64,000 nucleotides of DNA from Spirochaetia bacterium (GTDB taxonomy: Bacteria; Spirochaetota; Spirochaetia; SZUA-6; Bin103): contig OZ241907.1 in NCBI GenBank assembly GCA_965203515.1, positions 576,001 through 640,000 on the forward strand. The letters run 5' to 3'. Of this stretch, positions 48,671-59,783 are shown one piece after another. Under the pieces are notes generated by a model. The model had not been told where the DNA came from and did not search any database. It saw only the letters and a program-made list of their open reading frames with translations. The translations under genes were made by a program, and so were the position numbers. The first letter of the stretch is position 1; every line of letters begins with the position of its first letter.

Positions 48671-49927
48671 ATGGACAGAATCGCTTCGGTGGAGCGCATC
48701 CTGCTCTGGGTGCCGATGGTCGACCGCATCCGGGTCGAGATGGAGCGCGCGGGAATCCACACGTGGTCGGAAGTCGAGGTGATCCGCGTGACCGCCGATT
48801 CCGGCGTCAGCGGCTGGGGAGAGACGATCCAGAACTACACCTGGGGCCGCGCGGACGCCGCCGATCGGGTGATCGGCCGCTCGCCGTTCGAGCTCTACTG
48901 GGACGACAGCCTGGGCGCCGGCCTGCAGATGGCGGTGCTCGACCTGGCCGGCAAGACGGCCGGCGTGCCGGCGCACCGCCTGCTCGGCGATCAGTTCCGC
49001 AGCCACTGCCCGTTGTCGTTCTGGGACCACGACATGTCCCCGGAGATGTACGAGGCGGAGGCGCGCGAGGCGGTCCGCCTCGGCTACACCTGCATGAAGA
49101 TCAAGACCCGTCCCTGGTGGGACGTGCACGAGACGATCGCGCGCATCTCCGAGGCGACGCCGCCGTGGTTCCGCATCGACGCCGACTGGAACGACTTCCT
49201 CCTCGACGGTCCGACCGCGCTGCCGGTGCTGAGCGCGCTGGAAGCGGCCTTCCCGAAGATCAAGATATACGAGGGGCCGATCCCCGCCGATGACGTCGAC
49301 GGCAACCGGCGGCTGCGCGCGGGGCTGCGCACGCCGATCGCCCATCATTACGCGGAGGCGCGCCAGGGCGTGGCGCGCAGCGAGTACTGCGACGGCTACG
49401 TGATCGGCGGCGGCGTCTCCGCTATCTGCCGGGCAGGCCACTTCGCCGGCGCTGCGCGCATGCCGTTCTTCCTGCAGATGGTCGGCACCGGGTTGACGAC
49501 CTCGCTCTGCCTGCACCTGGGCGCGGTGCTGGCCTCGGCGCGCTGGCCGGCGGTCACCGTGCACGAGCTGTACGAACACCACTTGCTCACGGAGCGCATC
49601 CCGGTCGCCGGCGGCTACGCGGCGGTCCCGACGGCGCCCGGCCTTGGGGTCGAGGTCGACGAAGCGGCGCTCGACCGCTATCGGGTCGAACAGGCGGACC
49701 TGAGTCTGCCGCGCCGGGTGGTCCGGTACCGGCGGCCGTCGGGGCTGACGGTCGACTTCGCGGCCCGGTCCCGGCCCGGGTCGTCGATGTGGAACTACTT
49801 CGCGGCCGGCAACCAGCCCGCGTACGAGCGCGGTGTGGTCACCGAGCTGATCGAAGACGACGGCAGCGCGGAGTTCCATCGGCTGTACGAGCTGACGACA
49901 TCCAACCCGGTCACCGGCACGGGCTGA
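48671..49927 (+). CDS. mandelate racemase / muconate lactonizing enzyme family protein
   Basis: 'GVSGWGE', 'A..DLAGK..GVP.H.LLG', KxK 'MKIK', 'RIDADWN', 'YEGPI', 'PTAPGLGVEVD'. Confidence 0.85.
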   Translation: MDRIASVERILLWVPMVDRIRVEMERAGIHTWSEVEVIRVTADSGVSGWGETIQNYTWGRADAADRVIGRSPFELYWDDSLGAGLQMAVLDLAGKTAGVPAHRLLGDQFRSHCPLSFWDHDMSPEMYEAEAREAVRLGYTCMKIKTRPWWDVHETIARISEATPPWFRIDADWNDFLLDGPTALPVLSALEAAFPKIKIYEGPIPADDVDGNRRLRAGLRTPIAHHYAEARQGVARSEYCDGYVIGGGVSAICRAGHFAGAARMPFFLQMVGTGLTTSLCLHLGAVLASARWPAVTVHELYEHHLLTERIPVAGGYAAVPTAPGLGVEVDEAALDRYRVEQADLSLPRRVVRYRRPSGLTVDFAARSRPGSSMWNYFAAGNQPAYERGVVTELIEDDGSAEFHRLYELTTSNPVTGTG

Positions 49928-49948
49928 CGCTCAACCCGGGCGGCATCG

Positions 49949-51547
49949 ATGAGAGCGGCTGACGCGCTGGTGCGCGCCATCGCCGCCGCCGGCGCGCGGC
50001 ACGTCTTCACGCTGTCCGGCAATCAGATCATGTCGGTGTTCGACGCCGCCATCGACACGTCCCTGGAGCTGATCCACGTCCGCCACGAAGCGGCGGCCGT
50101 GCACGCGGCCGACGCCGTCGGCCGGCTGAGCGGCCGGCCCGGCATCGCGCTGGTCACGGCCGGACCGGGGTTCGCCAACACGCTGTCGGCGCTGTACGTG
50201 GCCGCGTGCGCGGAGTCGCCGCTGGTCCTGCTTTCAGGCGCGGCGCCGTCGGGCCGGCCGGGCGCCGGCGCGTTCCAGGAGATGGAGCAGGCCGAGCTGG
50301 CGGCCGCGGTCTGCAAGGCGTCGTGGACCTGCGTCGGTCCGGAACAGGTCGCCGGCGACTTCGTGCGGGCGTGGCGCCGCGCGGCAGCCGGACGTCCGGG
50401 CCCGGTGCACGTGGCGGTGCCGGTCGACGTGCTGGAGTCGGTCGTGAGGACCGCGGAGCCGGTCGAATCGGAAGGGGAGGGGGGCGCGCCGGCGCCGGCC
50501 GCGGTCGACGCGGTGTGTCGGGCGATCGGCGACGCGGCGCGGCCGCTGGTGGTCGTCGGCCCGCCGTACCGGCGCCGGCACGCCGCCGGTGCGGCGCGCC
50601 CGCTGACCGATGCCGGCGTGGCGGTGGTGGCCATGGACAGCCCGCGCGGGCTGCGCGACCCGGCCCTGGGCGCGTTCGCGGAGGCGGTGGCCGAGGCGGA
50701 CCTGGTCGTATTGCTCGGCAAGCGGCTCGATCACCTGCTCGACCTGGGGGCGGCGCCGCCGTTCGCGCCGGGCTGCCGGTTCGTGCAGATCGACCCGGAG
50801 GCGGAGGCGCTGCGCCAGGCGGCGGGCAACGCGGGCGACCGCATGCTGCTGCAGTCTCAGGGCGATCCGCGGCGGTGGGCGGCGGCCATGCGGGAACGGC
50901 TGGCCGGCTCCCCCGATACCGGTTGGCGCGAGGAGGTCGAGGCGGCCGTCGCCTATCGACCCGCCCACTGGCGGGCTATCCGCACCGATTCGCCGGTCCA
51001 TCCGGCGCAGCTCGGCTACGCCGTGCACGACTTCCTGGCCGGTTCGCCCGATTCGGTGTTCGTCTCCGACGGCGGCGAGATCGGGCAGTGGGCGCAGGCG
51101 TGCGTGCGCACCCCGCACCGCATCATCAACGGTCCGTCGGGGGCGATCGGGGCGGCGCTGCCGTTCGCGCTTGCCGCCCGTACGCTGTTTCCTAAGGCAC
51201 GCATCGCCGCCGCGATGGGCGACGGCACGTTCGGGTTCCACGCGCTGGAGATCGACACCGCCGTGCGCCACGACCTGCCGTTCCTGGCGGTGATCGGCAA
51301 CGACGCGCGCTGGAACGCGGAGGTGCAGGTACAGCACCGGAACTATGGGGCAGGTCGGGCCGTCGGCTGCGAGCTGCGCGCCAGCAGCTATGACGGGGTG
51401 GCCCGCGCGCTCGACGCCTACGGCGCCGCGGTCGAATCGGCCGCCGCGCTGCCCGCGGCTCTGGATGCGGCCCATGCGGCCGGCGCCCCCGCCTGCGTCA
51501 ACGTGAGCCTGCAGCCGGTCGCCGCGCCGGTGATCACCCGTCGCTGA
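49949..51547 (+). CDS. thiamine-diphosphate-dependent enzyme (acetolactate synthase-like)
   Basis: 'HVRHEAAA', 'LVTAGPG', 'FQE', 'GRPGPV', ThDP motif 'GDGTFGF...GND..W'. Confidence 0.9.
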   Translation: MRAADALVRAIAAAGARHVFTLSGNQIMSVFDAAIDTSLELIHVRHEAAAVHAADAVGRLSGRPGIALVTAGPGFANTLSALYVAACAESPLVLLSGAAPSGRPGAGAFQEMEQAELAAAVCKASWTCVGPEQVAGDFVRAWRRAAAGRPGPVHVAVPVDVLESVVRTAEPVESEGEGGAPAPAAVDAVCRAIGDAARPLVVVGPPYRRRHAAGAARPLTDAGVAVVAMDSPRGLRDPALGAFAEAVAEADLVVLLGKRLDHLLDLGAAPPFAPGCRFVQIDPEAEALRQAAGNAGDRMLLQSQGDPRRWAAAMRERLAGSPDTGWREEVEAAVAYRPAHWRAIRTDSPVHPAQLGYAVHDFLAGSPDSVFVSDGGEIGQWAQACVRTPHRIINGPSGAIGAALPFALAARTLFPKARIAAAMGDGTFGFHALEIDTAVRHDLPFLAVIGNDARWNAEVQVQHRNYGAGRAVGCELRASSYDGVARALDAYGAAVESAAALPAALDAAHAAGAPACVNVSLQPVAAPVITRR

Positions 51548-51618
51548 GCCAGAACGACCCATATTGCCTTGAACCGAGATTCATCGTAAGCGTCCGATTC
51601 ATCGGTGAGTCCTTCAGT

Positions 51619-52701
51619 TCAGAGCGCGCCGGCGACCAGGTCGCCGACCTCGGTGGTCGAGTAGCCCATTCGGCCGGCCGACATGCTCCGCATCCTGGGG
51701 GTGGTCGCGCGGATCGCGGCGTCGATCCGTTGCGACGCGCGCGTCAGGTTGGCCAACCCCTTCTGCTCGCCAAGCACCGACAGCAGCATCCCCATGGCGG
51801 CGATGGCGGCGATCGGGTTGATCACGTTCTTGCCGGTGTACTTGGGGGCCGAGCCGCCCATGCACTCGAACATGCTGCAGCCGCCCGGGTCCGGGTTGAT
51901 GTTGCCGCCGGCGGAGACGCCCAGGCCGCCCTGGATCATGGCGCCGATGTCGGTGATGATGTCCCCGAACATGTTGGGCACCACGACCGTGTCGTAGTGC
52001 TCCGGGTTCTTCACGAACCACATGCAGGCGGCGTCGACGTGGTTGTAGTCGCGGGTCACGTCGGGATACTCGACTCCCATCTCGTGGAAGGCGCGCTCCC
52101 ACAGGTTGGCGGCGTAGGTGAGCACGTTGGTCTTGTGCACGAGCGTGAGCTGCATCTTGTCCTTGCGGCGTCGGCACAGCTCGAAGGCGTAGCGCAGGCA
52201 GCGGTCGACGCCGAAGCGGGTGGCGATCATCTCCTGCGTGGCCACCTCCTGCGGGGTGTTCTTGCGCAGGAAGCCGCCGGCGCCGCAGTACAGGTCCTCG
52301 GTGTTCTCGCGCACGACGTCGAAGCTGATGTCGTCCGGTCCCTTGTCCTTGAGCGGCGTGTCCACGCCGGGGTAGAGCTTGATCGGGCGCAGGTTGACGT
52401 ACTGGTCGAGCTGGAAGCGGATCGCCAGCAGCAGCCCCTTCTCCAGGATGCCCGGCGTCACGTCCGGGTGGCCGATGGCGCCCAGGTAGATCGCGTCGAA
52501 CCGGCGCAGCTCGTCGATCTGCCGCTCGGTAATCACTTCGCCGGTGGCCAGATAGCGGTCGCCGCCGTAGTCGAAGTCGACCCGCTCGTAGGAGATGCTC
52601 TCGAGCGGAGCCACCGCCTCCAGCGCCTTGCACGCCTCCGCGGTCACCTCGGGTCCCGTGCCGTCACCCCCGATGACGGCGATCTTGATCGAATCGGACA
52701 C
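51619..52701 (-). CDS. leuB: 3-isopropylmalate dehydrogenase
   Basis: GTG start with RBS GGAGGG. '[13 protein letters not shown]', 'VNLRP', 'RENTED.Y', 'HKTNVL', 'NMFGDIITD', 'GSAP..GKN..NP'. Confidence 0.88.
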   Translation of the reverse strand: MSDSIKIAVIGGDGTGPEVTAEACKALEAVAPLESISYERVDFDYGGDRYLATGEVITERQIDELRRFDAIYLGAIGHPDVTPGILEKGLLLAIRFQLDQYVNLRPIKLYPGVDTPLKDKGPDDISFDVVRENTEDLYCGAGGFLRKNTPQEVATQEMIATRFGVDRCLRYAFELCRRRKDKMQLTLVHKTNVLTYAANLWERAFHEMGVEYPDVTRDYNHVDAACMWFVKNPEHYDTVVVPNMFGDIITDIGAMIQGGLGVSAGGNINPDPGGCSMFECMGGSAPKYTGKNVINPIAAIAAMGMLLSVLGEQKGLANLTRASQRIDAAIRATTPRMRSMSAGRMGYSTTEVGDLVAGAL

Positions 52702-52716
52702 TGTTCCCTCCGTTGT

Positions 52717-53265
52717 GTGGCGCATCCTACCAGATCGCTCCGTCCGCCGCCTTGCTCGCAGGGCGACGAGCAGACCGAGAAGAGCTGGACGATCAGCGCG
52801 GCGCACTTCGGCGATGATGGCTCGAACCTGTTGAGCGCAACGTCCAACCGTTCCGCGCCGTATGCCTGGGACCGGATCACCGGCGGCGACGACGTGCGCG
52901 TTTCGATCGGCGGGCATGCGCTGCCGTTCACGAGTACGAGTGAGAAGCCGGTCTTCGCGTCCGATATCTCCGGTGCGGAGTGGACGGTCACCCCGGAGGT
53001 CCGGGCGGGCGCAGTGGTGCTCGTGCTCACCGCCGAGGATCAGACGGAAAGCGCAGGCTTCGTCGAGTCCGTCACGGTCACCAATGCGGGGAGCGGCTAC
53101 ACCTCGGTCCCCGCCGTCACCTTTTCGGCGCCGCCGCCTGGCGGCACCACCGCGACCGCCACGGCAACGCTGGCAGAGGGCGGCTACGATCGATACCAGA
53201 ACCTGCATTGGGCACGCCAAACGCTGTACGGCAAGCAGCTTCTGGTCCAGCTCGTGGAAGAGTGA
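52717..53265 (+). CDS. short, single-repeat paralogue of the repeat lipoprotein (no signal peptide; possibly 5'-truncated)
   Basis: 'EKSWTI.AA.FG...SNRSAPY.W..IT...KPVFASDISGAEW...GFVESV...GSGYTSVP.VTF...ATATLAEGG.D.Y.NL.WARQTL.GK' matches 58503..59783. Confidence 0.7.
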   Translation: MAHPTRSLRPPPCSQGDEQTEKSWTISAAHFGDDGSNLLSATSNRSAPYAWDRITGGDDVRVSIGGHALPFTSTSEKPVFASDISGAEWTVTPEVRAGAVVLVLTAEDQTESAGFVESVTVTNAGSGYTSVPAVTFSAPPPGGTTATATATLAEGGYDRYQNLHWARQTLYGKQLLVQLVEE

Positions 53266-53307
53266 GACGGTCCATTTCAACAGACAGCCTGTGATGGGAG
53301 TACCCTA

Positions 53308-53988
53308 GTGACGACACATCCGCAAAAGAGAACCTGCGCTCTCTGTGGGACCGAGGGTGACCAGGAAATCTTGACGAGCGCATTCGTTTTCGGATCACCC
53401 GACCTCGATACGAGACCGCCGGAAATGCGCAGAGCTGGACTCTTTACCGACGTGCAGCAATGCGGCGGCTGCGGCTACTGCGCCGTCGACGTGAGCAAGT
53501 CGAGTCCGGGCGCTGAGACGGTGGTCAAGAGTTCGGAGTACCGCCGGCAGCTCCACGACGATGCCCTGCCATACTTGGCCAACAGCTTCTTATGCATGTC
53601 TATGGTCAATCGTGCGGCGAACGACTACGCGGGCGCTGCGTGGGCGCTGATCCAGGCGGCATGGGCATGTGACGATGAAGGCAGTGCCGCGGAAGCGGTG
53701 AAGTGCCGCAGCAAGGCAGCCGACATGCTGGTGTACGCCGAAGATCACGGCCAGTCGGTCGCGGAACAGGATGGGGCAAGTACGGCGATTCTCGTAGATC
53801 TGCTCCGCCGGGCAGGGCGCTTGGACGACGCTCGTGCGGCGATCGACCAAAGACCGACCGGGCAGGCCGAAGAGGTTATCGTCAAGGTTCTCCGGTACCA
53901 GGATCAATTGATAGCGCAAGGCGACACGGGTCGTCACACGATGGCCGAAGCCGTCGAGGACGGTGAAGAAGCATCGGAACGTGTCTGA
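53308..53988 (+). CDS. DUF2225-like Zn-finger/helical-repeat protein
   Basis: 'CALCG', 'PDLDTRP', 'QQCGGCGY', 'AAWACDD', 'DLLRRAG..DDA'. Confidence 0.6.
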   Translation: MTTHPQKRTCALCGTEGDQEILTSAFVFGSPDLDTRPPEMRRAGLFTDVQQCGGCGYCAVDVSKSSPGAETVVKSSEYRRQLHDDALPYLANSFLCMSMVNRAANDYAGAAWALIQAAWACDDEGSAAEAVKCRSKAADMLVYAEDHGQSVAEQDGASTAILVDLLRRAGRLDDARAAIDQRPTGQAEEVIVKVLRYQDQLIAQGDTGRHTMAEAVEDGEEASERV

Positions 53989-55525
53989 ATGTCGGCGCCC
54001 CGCCAGACGGAGGCCCGCCTCCACGACGAAGCCGCCGCCCGCCACCCGCCAACCAGGCGGAAGCCGCCCAGAGCCAGGCGGAAGCGCATCGCCCGCACTT
54101 GAGGCGCTGCTCCACGAGCGGGGTGAGAACTGACGATGATGCACGCCTGCAACCGCGCGGTGCGGGATGCTCGGCAGCGGATGCGGCCGCTGCTGGACGA
54201 CTTGGAGCGGGAAGGAAGCGGTGGTCAGGACGACATGGGGACTCCGCGCCTACGCGCGGCGCGATTGGGATGCGCCCAGAGCGCCGTTCACGCTGGCGCC
54301 GGGTGAACCTGCCGGTAGCGGACAGCGGACAAGGTACGGCTCGCCATCGATCTGTCCGAAGCGGCGCGCGCGACTCGACCGGACTGGCCGAACGACGCGA
54401 CCCGCCGCGCTGATCTCGAGACGCACCTTCGCGTCCGCGCGCTGCTCGACCGCGCGGCCCACGTCGGCGCTCGCTGACGCAGAGGCGCGAAGCAACGACC
54501 TGCCGGGCGGCGCCGCGGCAGCACCCGCTCCCGCCATCCTAGTCCGCCACCTGCACCAGAAGCCGCTTGCCCGCCAGCGTCTGGCGCGCCCAGAACAGGT
54601 TGTAGTATTGATCGTTGCCGCCCTCCGCCAGTGTTGCCGTGGCGGTCGCGCCGCTGCCCCCTCCGCCCGTAATCGTAACCTCGGGCGGTGACAGGTAACC
54701 GCTCCCCCGGTTCGTGACCGTCACCGACGTGACCTCGGTTCGCAGCGCCGCGCTGCCGGTTGCCGTCTGGGGGGAACCACCGCCCGTCGAGGTCATGAAG
54801 GTCACGGTCGGGGCGGACGTGTAGCCGCTCCCGGGGTTCGTGATCGTCACTCCGGTTACTCTTCTTTGCACCACGTCGGGTCTGGCGGCCGCACCGCTGC
54901 CCCCTCCTCCCGAAAACGTAACGGCAGGGGGAGACGTCATGCTGTAGCCGCTCCCCCGGTTCCCCATCGTATAGGAGTAAAGTGACCCGCTCTGTATCGC
55001 GACCGTTACGGTTGCCTGGGTGCCGCCCGAGCCGGCCGGCGGAGGGTCGATCGTCACGGTTGGGGCAGAGGTGTAACCGCTCCCCGTGTTCGTGATGATT
55101 ATTCTCGTTACTTCGGTTCGCATCGTCGTCGTTCCGGTCGCCGTGGTGCCGCTGGTCGGCGCCGCGAACGTCACGGTTGGACAACACCCGGAGTAGTAAT
55201 AACCGAGGGCCCCCATCGTCACTGACGCCACGCCGCCAGGCCCCACCGCGGCGCCGGTTGCCGCGGTGCCGCCGGACGGCGCCGCCTCAAACGTCACGGT
55301 GGGAACCGAAGTGTAGCCGCTCCCCGGGTTGGTGAGCCTCACCGACTCCACGAAGCCCAGGTTTTCGGTCTGATCCGGAGCGGTGAGCACCAGCGTCACC
55401 GCGCCCGCCCGAACCTCGGCGGCAACCCTCCACTCCGTGCCGGAGATGTCGGGTAAGCGTCCGGTGAACCCCACCTTACAAGGGGATATATAGAGGTACA
55501 TCGTCCCTGGCAGGAGGGACGAACG

Positions 55526-55840
55526 ATGAGACAGGGACGAGAGTATTGGAGCCGGCACGTGGCAGCGTGGCGACGCAGTGGGCTCACGAAGAAGGCGTAT
55601 TGCGAGCAGCATGGTCTGTCCTACTGGTCGCTGCGCAACTGGGACGGCAAGCTGCCGGAGACGGCCGACCGGCGTCAGCCGCTGGTCGAGTTGGCGCGGG
55701 CGGCCGGCGGGGCCAAGGACGCCGAGCAGCACGCGACGATGGAGTTGCTGGTCGGCGAGCGGTACGTGCTGCGGCTGTGGCCGTCGGTCCGCGCTGAGCA
55801 TCTGCGCGAGGTGCTGGCGGCGCTGGAGGCGCTGAAGTGA
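55526..55840 (+). CDS. tnpA: IS66 accessory protein TnpA
   Basis: 'W..HV.AW..SGL...AYC..HGLS...L..W'. Confidence 0.88.
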   Translation: MRQGREYWSRHVAAWRRSGLTKKAYCEQHGLSYWSLRNWDGKLPETADRRQPLVELARAAGGAKDAEQHATMELLVGERYVLRLWPSVRAEHLREVLAALEALK

Positions 55841-56190
55841 TCCGGCTGGAGTTGGAGGCGGCGCGCATCTACGTGCGGCCTGGTGCGACCGACCTGCGCA
55901 AGCAGATCAACGGGCTGGTGCTGCTGGTGCAGGAGCAGATGCGGTTGAGTCCGTTCGAGGCGTCGTTGTTCGTGTTCTGCAACGGGCAGCGGCGACTGCT
56001 GAAGGCGGTGTACTGGGATCGGACGGGGTTCTGTCTGTGGATGAAGCGGTTGGAGCAGGGCAGCTTTCCGTGGCCGCGAACGGCGGCCGAGGCGCGGCGA
56101 GAGATCGACGCCGAGCAGCTGCGGATGCTGTTGGCAGGGATCGATTTCTGGAACCGACACGAGGAGTTGAGCTACGCCGAAATCGCCTGA
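55837..56190 (+). CDS. tnpB: IS66 accessory protein TnpB
   Basis: 'TDLRK.INGL', 'LFVFCN', 'YWD.TGF.LW.KRLEQG.F.WP'. Confidence 0.93.
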   Translation: MIRLELEAARIYVRPGATDLRKQINGLVLLVQEQMRLSPFEASLFVFCNGQRRLLKAVYWDRTGFCLWMKRLEQGSFPWPRTAAEARREIDAEQLRMLLAGIDFWNRHEELSYAEIA

Positions 56191-56241
56191 CGGGCTTGGT
56201 TCGATCTTGACTGGCGGCGGTATTTGAGGTAAGGTAGAGAC

Positions 56242-57933
56242 ATGTCTGCCGCACCGTCGGTGGTCGAACAACGCGACAGGTTGCGCGTGGAGAATCGGCT
56301 GCTGGTCCTGGAAAAAGACGAGTTGATCGTGCGCAACGATCAACTCGTCGCCAGGAATAGTTCACTCGTCACCAGGAATAGTGCGCTGGATCATCAGGTC
56401 CATGCGCTGGATCATCAGGTCCAGGAGTTGGACAAGAAGATTGAGCTCTATGAAGAGGAGCTCGCCTGGTACCGAAACCGGCGGTACGGGCGCAGCAGCG
56501 AACAGCTGAGCGCTGCCGAGCAGCAGCAGATCCGGCTGTTCAACGAGATCGAACGGAGCGCCGACCACGCCTTGCCGGTCGACCCACTGCCTGCCGAACC
56601 GGCGGCCGCCCCGGTGCCGAGCCGCGCCCGGCGCCCGCGCCGCCAACCGCTGCCGCCGTCGCTGCCGCGGGTCGAGCGGGTCGTCGACCTTCCCGAAGCA
56701 GACCAGCAGTGCGCCTGCGGCCACCGCATGGTCCGCATCGGCGAGGAGACCGCCGAGAAGCTCGACGTGATCCCGCCGCAGGTGCGGGTGCTCCGCACGG
56801 TGCGGCCGAAGTACGCCTGCCATCACTGCGAGGGCTCCGGCGACGAGCAGCGTGCGGCGGTGCGGGTGGCGCCGGCGCCGGCGGCGCTGATCCGCAAAGG
56901 AGTCGCCAGCGAAGGGCTGCTGGCGTTCATCGCCACGGCGAAGTTCTGCGACGCGCTGCCGCTGTACCGGCAGGAGCAGCAGTTCGCGCGGCTGGGAGTG
57001 GCGGTGTCGCGGCGCACGATGGCCGACTGGATGCTGGCGGTCGCCGGCGCCTGTCGGCCGCTGCTGGCAGCGCTGGGCGACCAACTGCGCGGCGGACCGA
57101 TCCTGCAAATCGACGAAACGACCGTGCAGGTGCTCAACGAGCCGGGACGCGCCAACGCGACGCGCAGCTACGTATGGGTGGCCCGCGGCGGGCCGCCGGC
57201 GGCGCCGGTGGTGATCTACCGGTATGAGCCGAGTCGGGCCGCACGGGTGGCGGCCGACATCATCGGCGACTACCAGGGCTACGTGCAGACCGATGGGTAT
57301 GAGGGCTACCTGCGGCCGTGCAGCCAGCCGGGCATCCGGCACGTGGGCTGTTGGGCGCACGTGCGGCGCGCCTTCAAGGAGGCCGCCGAGGCGTTGAGCA
57401 AGGTATCGAGCCGTAGCGGTGCGGCGCTGCAGGCGCTGGGGTACATCGCCAAGCTGTACCGCATCGAGACGCAGCTAGCGAGGTACCGGACCGAGGACCC
57501 CGAACGGTTCGTGGCCGAGCGGCGCGCGCGGGTGGAGCCGGTGCTCGTGCAGATGCACGAGTGGCTGCGGCACAAGCGGGAGCAGGTGCTGCCGAGTTCG
57601 GCGCTCGGCAAGGCGGTGGGGTTCGCGTTGGGACAGTGGCCGAAGCTGATCGGCTATGTGGAGCACGCGCAGTTGACGCCGGACAACAACGCCTGCGAGC
57701 AGGCGATCCGGCCGTTCGTGGTGGGCCGCAAGAACTGGCTGTTTGCCGGCAGCCCGCGCGGCGCTGCGGCGAGCGCGACGCTGTACAGCCTGATCGAGAC
57801 GGCGAAGGCCAACCGGCGAGAGCCGTACTGGTATCTGCGCGAGTTGTTCGAGCAGCTGCCGCACGCGCGTACCCGTGCCGATTTCTTGGCGCTCCTGCCG
57901 ACCGCGCGTCCACCGCCGCCGCCCGCTACGTAG
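56242..57933 (+). CDS. tnpC: IS66 transposase TnpC
   Basis: Coiled coil, 'YGRSSE', Zn finger, 'LPLYRQ', 'IDET', 'QTDGY', 'CWAH.RR', 'DNN.CEQAIR....GRKNWLF'. Confidence 0.95.
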   Translation: MSAAPSVVEQRDRLRVENRLLVLEKDELIVRNDQLVARNSSLVTRNSALDHQVHALDHQVQELDKKIELYEEELAWYRNRRYGRSSEQLSAAEQQQIRLFNEIERSADHALPVDPLPAEPAAAPVPSRARRPRRQPLPPSLPRVERVVDLPEADQQCACGHRMVRIGEETAEKLDVIPPQVRVLRTVRPKYACHHCEGSGDEQRAAVRVAPAPAALIRKGVASEGLLAFIATAKFCDALPLYRQEQQFARLGVAVSRRTMADWMLAVAGACRPLLAALGDQLRGGPILQIDETTVQVLNEPGRANATRSYVWVARGGPPAAPVVIYRYEPSRAARVAADIIGDYQGYVQTDGYEGYLRPCSQPGIRHVGCWAHVRRAFKEAAEALSKVSSRSGAALQALGYIAKLYRIETQLARYRTEDPERFVAERRARVEPVLVQMHEWLRHKREQVLPSSALGKAVGFALGQWPKLIGYVEHAQLTPDNNACEQAIRPFVVGRKNWLFAGSPRGAAASATLYSLIETAKANRREPYWYLRELFEQLPHARTRADFLALLPTARPPPPPAT

Positions 57934-58502
57934 AGGGTGGGATTCCCCGGACGCTTACGATGTCGGACGCGAAGACCGGTTTGGCGCTCGTGCTCGTGAA
58001 CGGCAGATCGTGTCCGTCGATCGAAACGCTCACTTCGGCGCCGGCGGTGATCGGCTCCCACTCATACGGCGCGGAACGGTTGGACACGTCGCCCATCAGG
58101 TTCAGTTCATCATTACCAAAGTCCGCCGCCCCGATCGTCCAGCTCTTCTCCCTCTTCTCTGCCGGCGGCGGAGTGGGCGTCGGCTCACTCGGAGTCCCCC
58201 CCTGGGCCGGGTCGGTGGTTGTGGCGGGCGTGCGCGCCGTCGGCGCGCACGCCATCAGGGAGGCGGCGACAGCGACGGCCAGCAACACGCGACAACGATG
58301 CTCTCTACCCCACATCTCTTCCTCCTGCTCCTCCTGCCAGCGTTGGAGCGTTGGAGCGCCAAACGGCACCATGATCCATGGTAGCATGCGCTCCCAGACC
58401 AATCCACCGGCTGTGGTAGAAATGTGATTTATCCGGTATTTCCGTGGAGGGCGCGAAGCAACGACCTGCTGGCGGCGCCGCGGCAGCACCGCTCCCGCAG
58501 TC

Positions 58503-59783
58503 CTAGTCCGCCAGCTCCACCAGAAGCCGCTTGCCCGCCAGCGTCTGGCGCGCCCAGAACAGGTTGTGGTATTGATCGTTGCCCTCCTCCGCCAGTATTG
58601 CCGTGGCGGTCGCGCCGCTGCCCCCTCCGCCCGTAATCGTAACGTCGGGCGGTGACGGGTAACCGCTCCCCCGGTTCGTGACCGTCACCGACGTGACCTC
58701 GGTTTGCAGCACCGCGCTGCCGGTTGCCGTACGGGGAGCACCACCGCCCACCGAGGTCTGAAAGGTCACGGTCGGGGCGGACGTGTAGCCGCTCCCGGGG
58801 TTCGTGATCGTCACTCGGTTTACGCTTCTTTGCACCATGTCGGGTCTGGCGGCCGCACCGCTGCCCCCTCCTCCCGAAAACGTAACGGCAGGGGGAGACG
58901 TGAGGCTGTAGCCGCTCCCCCGGTTCCCCATCGCATAGGTGCTAATCGCCCCCGCCACTATCCCGACGATCGTTGCGGTTGCCTGGGTGCCGCCTGAGCC
59001 GGCCGGCGGAGGGTCGATCGTCACGGTTGGGGCAGAGGTGTAGCCGCTCCCCAGGTTATCAAAGAATAGTCTCCCTACTTCGGTTCGCATCGTCGTTGTT
59101 CCGGTCGCCGTGGTGCCGCCGGACGGCGCCGCCCCGAACGTCACGGTTGGACAACACCCGGAGTTGTAATAACCGCCGACGCGCCCGGTCAGGCTGTCCA
59201 CCCCAAGCTGCACGCGCAAGACGCCGCCGGGCCCCACCGCGGCGCCGGTTGCCGCGGTGCCGCCGGACGGCGGCGCGTCAAACGTCACGGTGGGAACCGA
59301 GGTGTAGCCGCTCCCCCCGTTCGTGAGCCTCACCGACTCCACGAAGCCCAGGTTTTCGGTCTGATCCGGGGCGGTGAGCACCAGCGTCACTGCGCCCGCC
59401 CGAACCTCGGCGGCAACCGACCACTCCGCGCCGGAGATGTCGGATGCGAAGACCGGCTTGGCGCTCGTGCTCTTGAACGGCAGATCGTGTCCGTCGATCG
59501 AAACGCTCACTTCGGCGCCGGCGGTGATCGGCTCCCACTCATACGGCGCGGAACGGTTGGACACTTCGCCCACCAGGTTCGGTTCATCACTACCAAAGTC
59601 CGCCGCGCCGATCGTCCAGCTCTTCTCCCTCTTCTCTGCCGGCGGCGGAGTGGGCGTCGGCTCACTCGGAGTTCCCTGGGCCGGGTCGGTGGTTGTGGCG
59701 GGCGGCCGCGCCGCCGGCGCGCACCCCATCAGCGTGGCGATGCCGGCGGCCAGCAACAGCGACAACGACGATGCTCTACTCAC
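58503..59783 (-). CDS. repeat lipoprotein copy B (intact) with GSGYTSxPTVT repeats
   Basis: Lipobox 'TLMG-C', Pro/Thr linker, several 'N.GSGY.S.P.VT' repeats. RBS GGAGG precedes the GTG. Confidence 0.82.
   Translation of the reverse strand: MSRASSLSLLLAAGIATLMGCAPAARPPATTTDPAQGTPSEPTPTPPPAEKREKSWTIGAADFGSDEPNLVGEVSNRSAPYEWEPITAGAEVSVSIDGHDLPFKSTSAKPVFASDISGAEWSVAAEVRAGAVTLVLTAPDQTENLGFVESVRLTNGGSGYTSVPTVTFDAPPSGGTAATGAAVGPGGVLRVQLGVDSLTGRVGGYYNSGCCPTVTFGAAPSGGTTATGTTTMRTEVGRLFFDNLGSGYTSAPTVTIDPPPAGSGGTQATATIVGIVAGAISTYAMGNRGSGYSLTSPPAVTFSGGGGSGAAARPDMVQRSVNRVTITNPGSGYTSAPTVTFQTSVGGGAPRTATGSAVLQTEVTSVTVTNRGSGYPSPPDVTITGGGGSGATATAILAEEGNDQYHNLFWARQTLAGKRLLVELAD

Larger units (their letters stand above)
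55453..57958 (+). mobile_element. IS66-family insertion sequence
   Basis: IRs GTAAGCGTCCGGTGAACCCCACC versus revcomp GTAAGCGTCCGGGGAATCCCACC (21/23). 8-bp TSD GATGTCGG at 55445-55452 and 57959-57966. Contains tnpA, tnpB and tnpC. Confidence 0.96.
54539..58315 (-). pseudogene. repeat lipoprotein copy A, interrupted by IS66
   Basis: Removing the IS and one TSD gives 1263 nt in frame: MWGR...ASLMA-C (lipobox), ...KPVFASDI|SGTEW..., GSGYTS.PTVT repeats, C-terminal 'NLFWARQTLAGKRLLV'. Confidence 0.88.

Noticed and set aside
52702..53280. Long N-terminal extension of LeuB in the ORF track
   Set aside because: Homology and an RBS point to GTG 52701. The upstream stretch codes for the lipoprotein paralogue on the opposite strand.
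56343..56423. 21-bp tandem duplications in IS66 tnpC
   Set aside because: In-frame heptad expansion of the usual N-terminal coiled coil; no separate function is evident.
52717..59783. Diversity-generating retroelement as the cause of lipoprotein variation
   Set aside because: No reverse transcriptase is in the window, and the differences include indels and are not adenine-specific.
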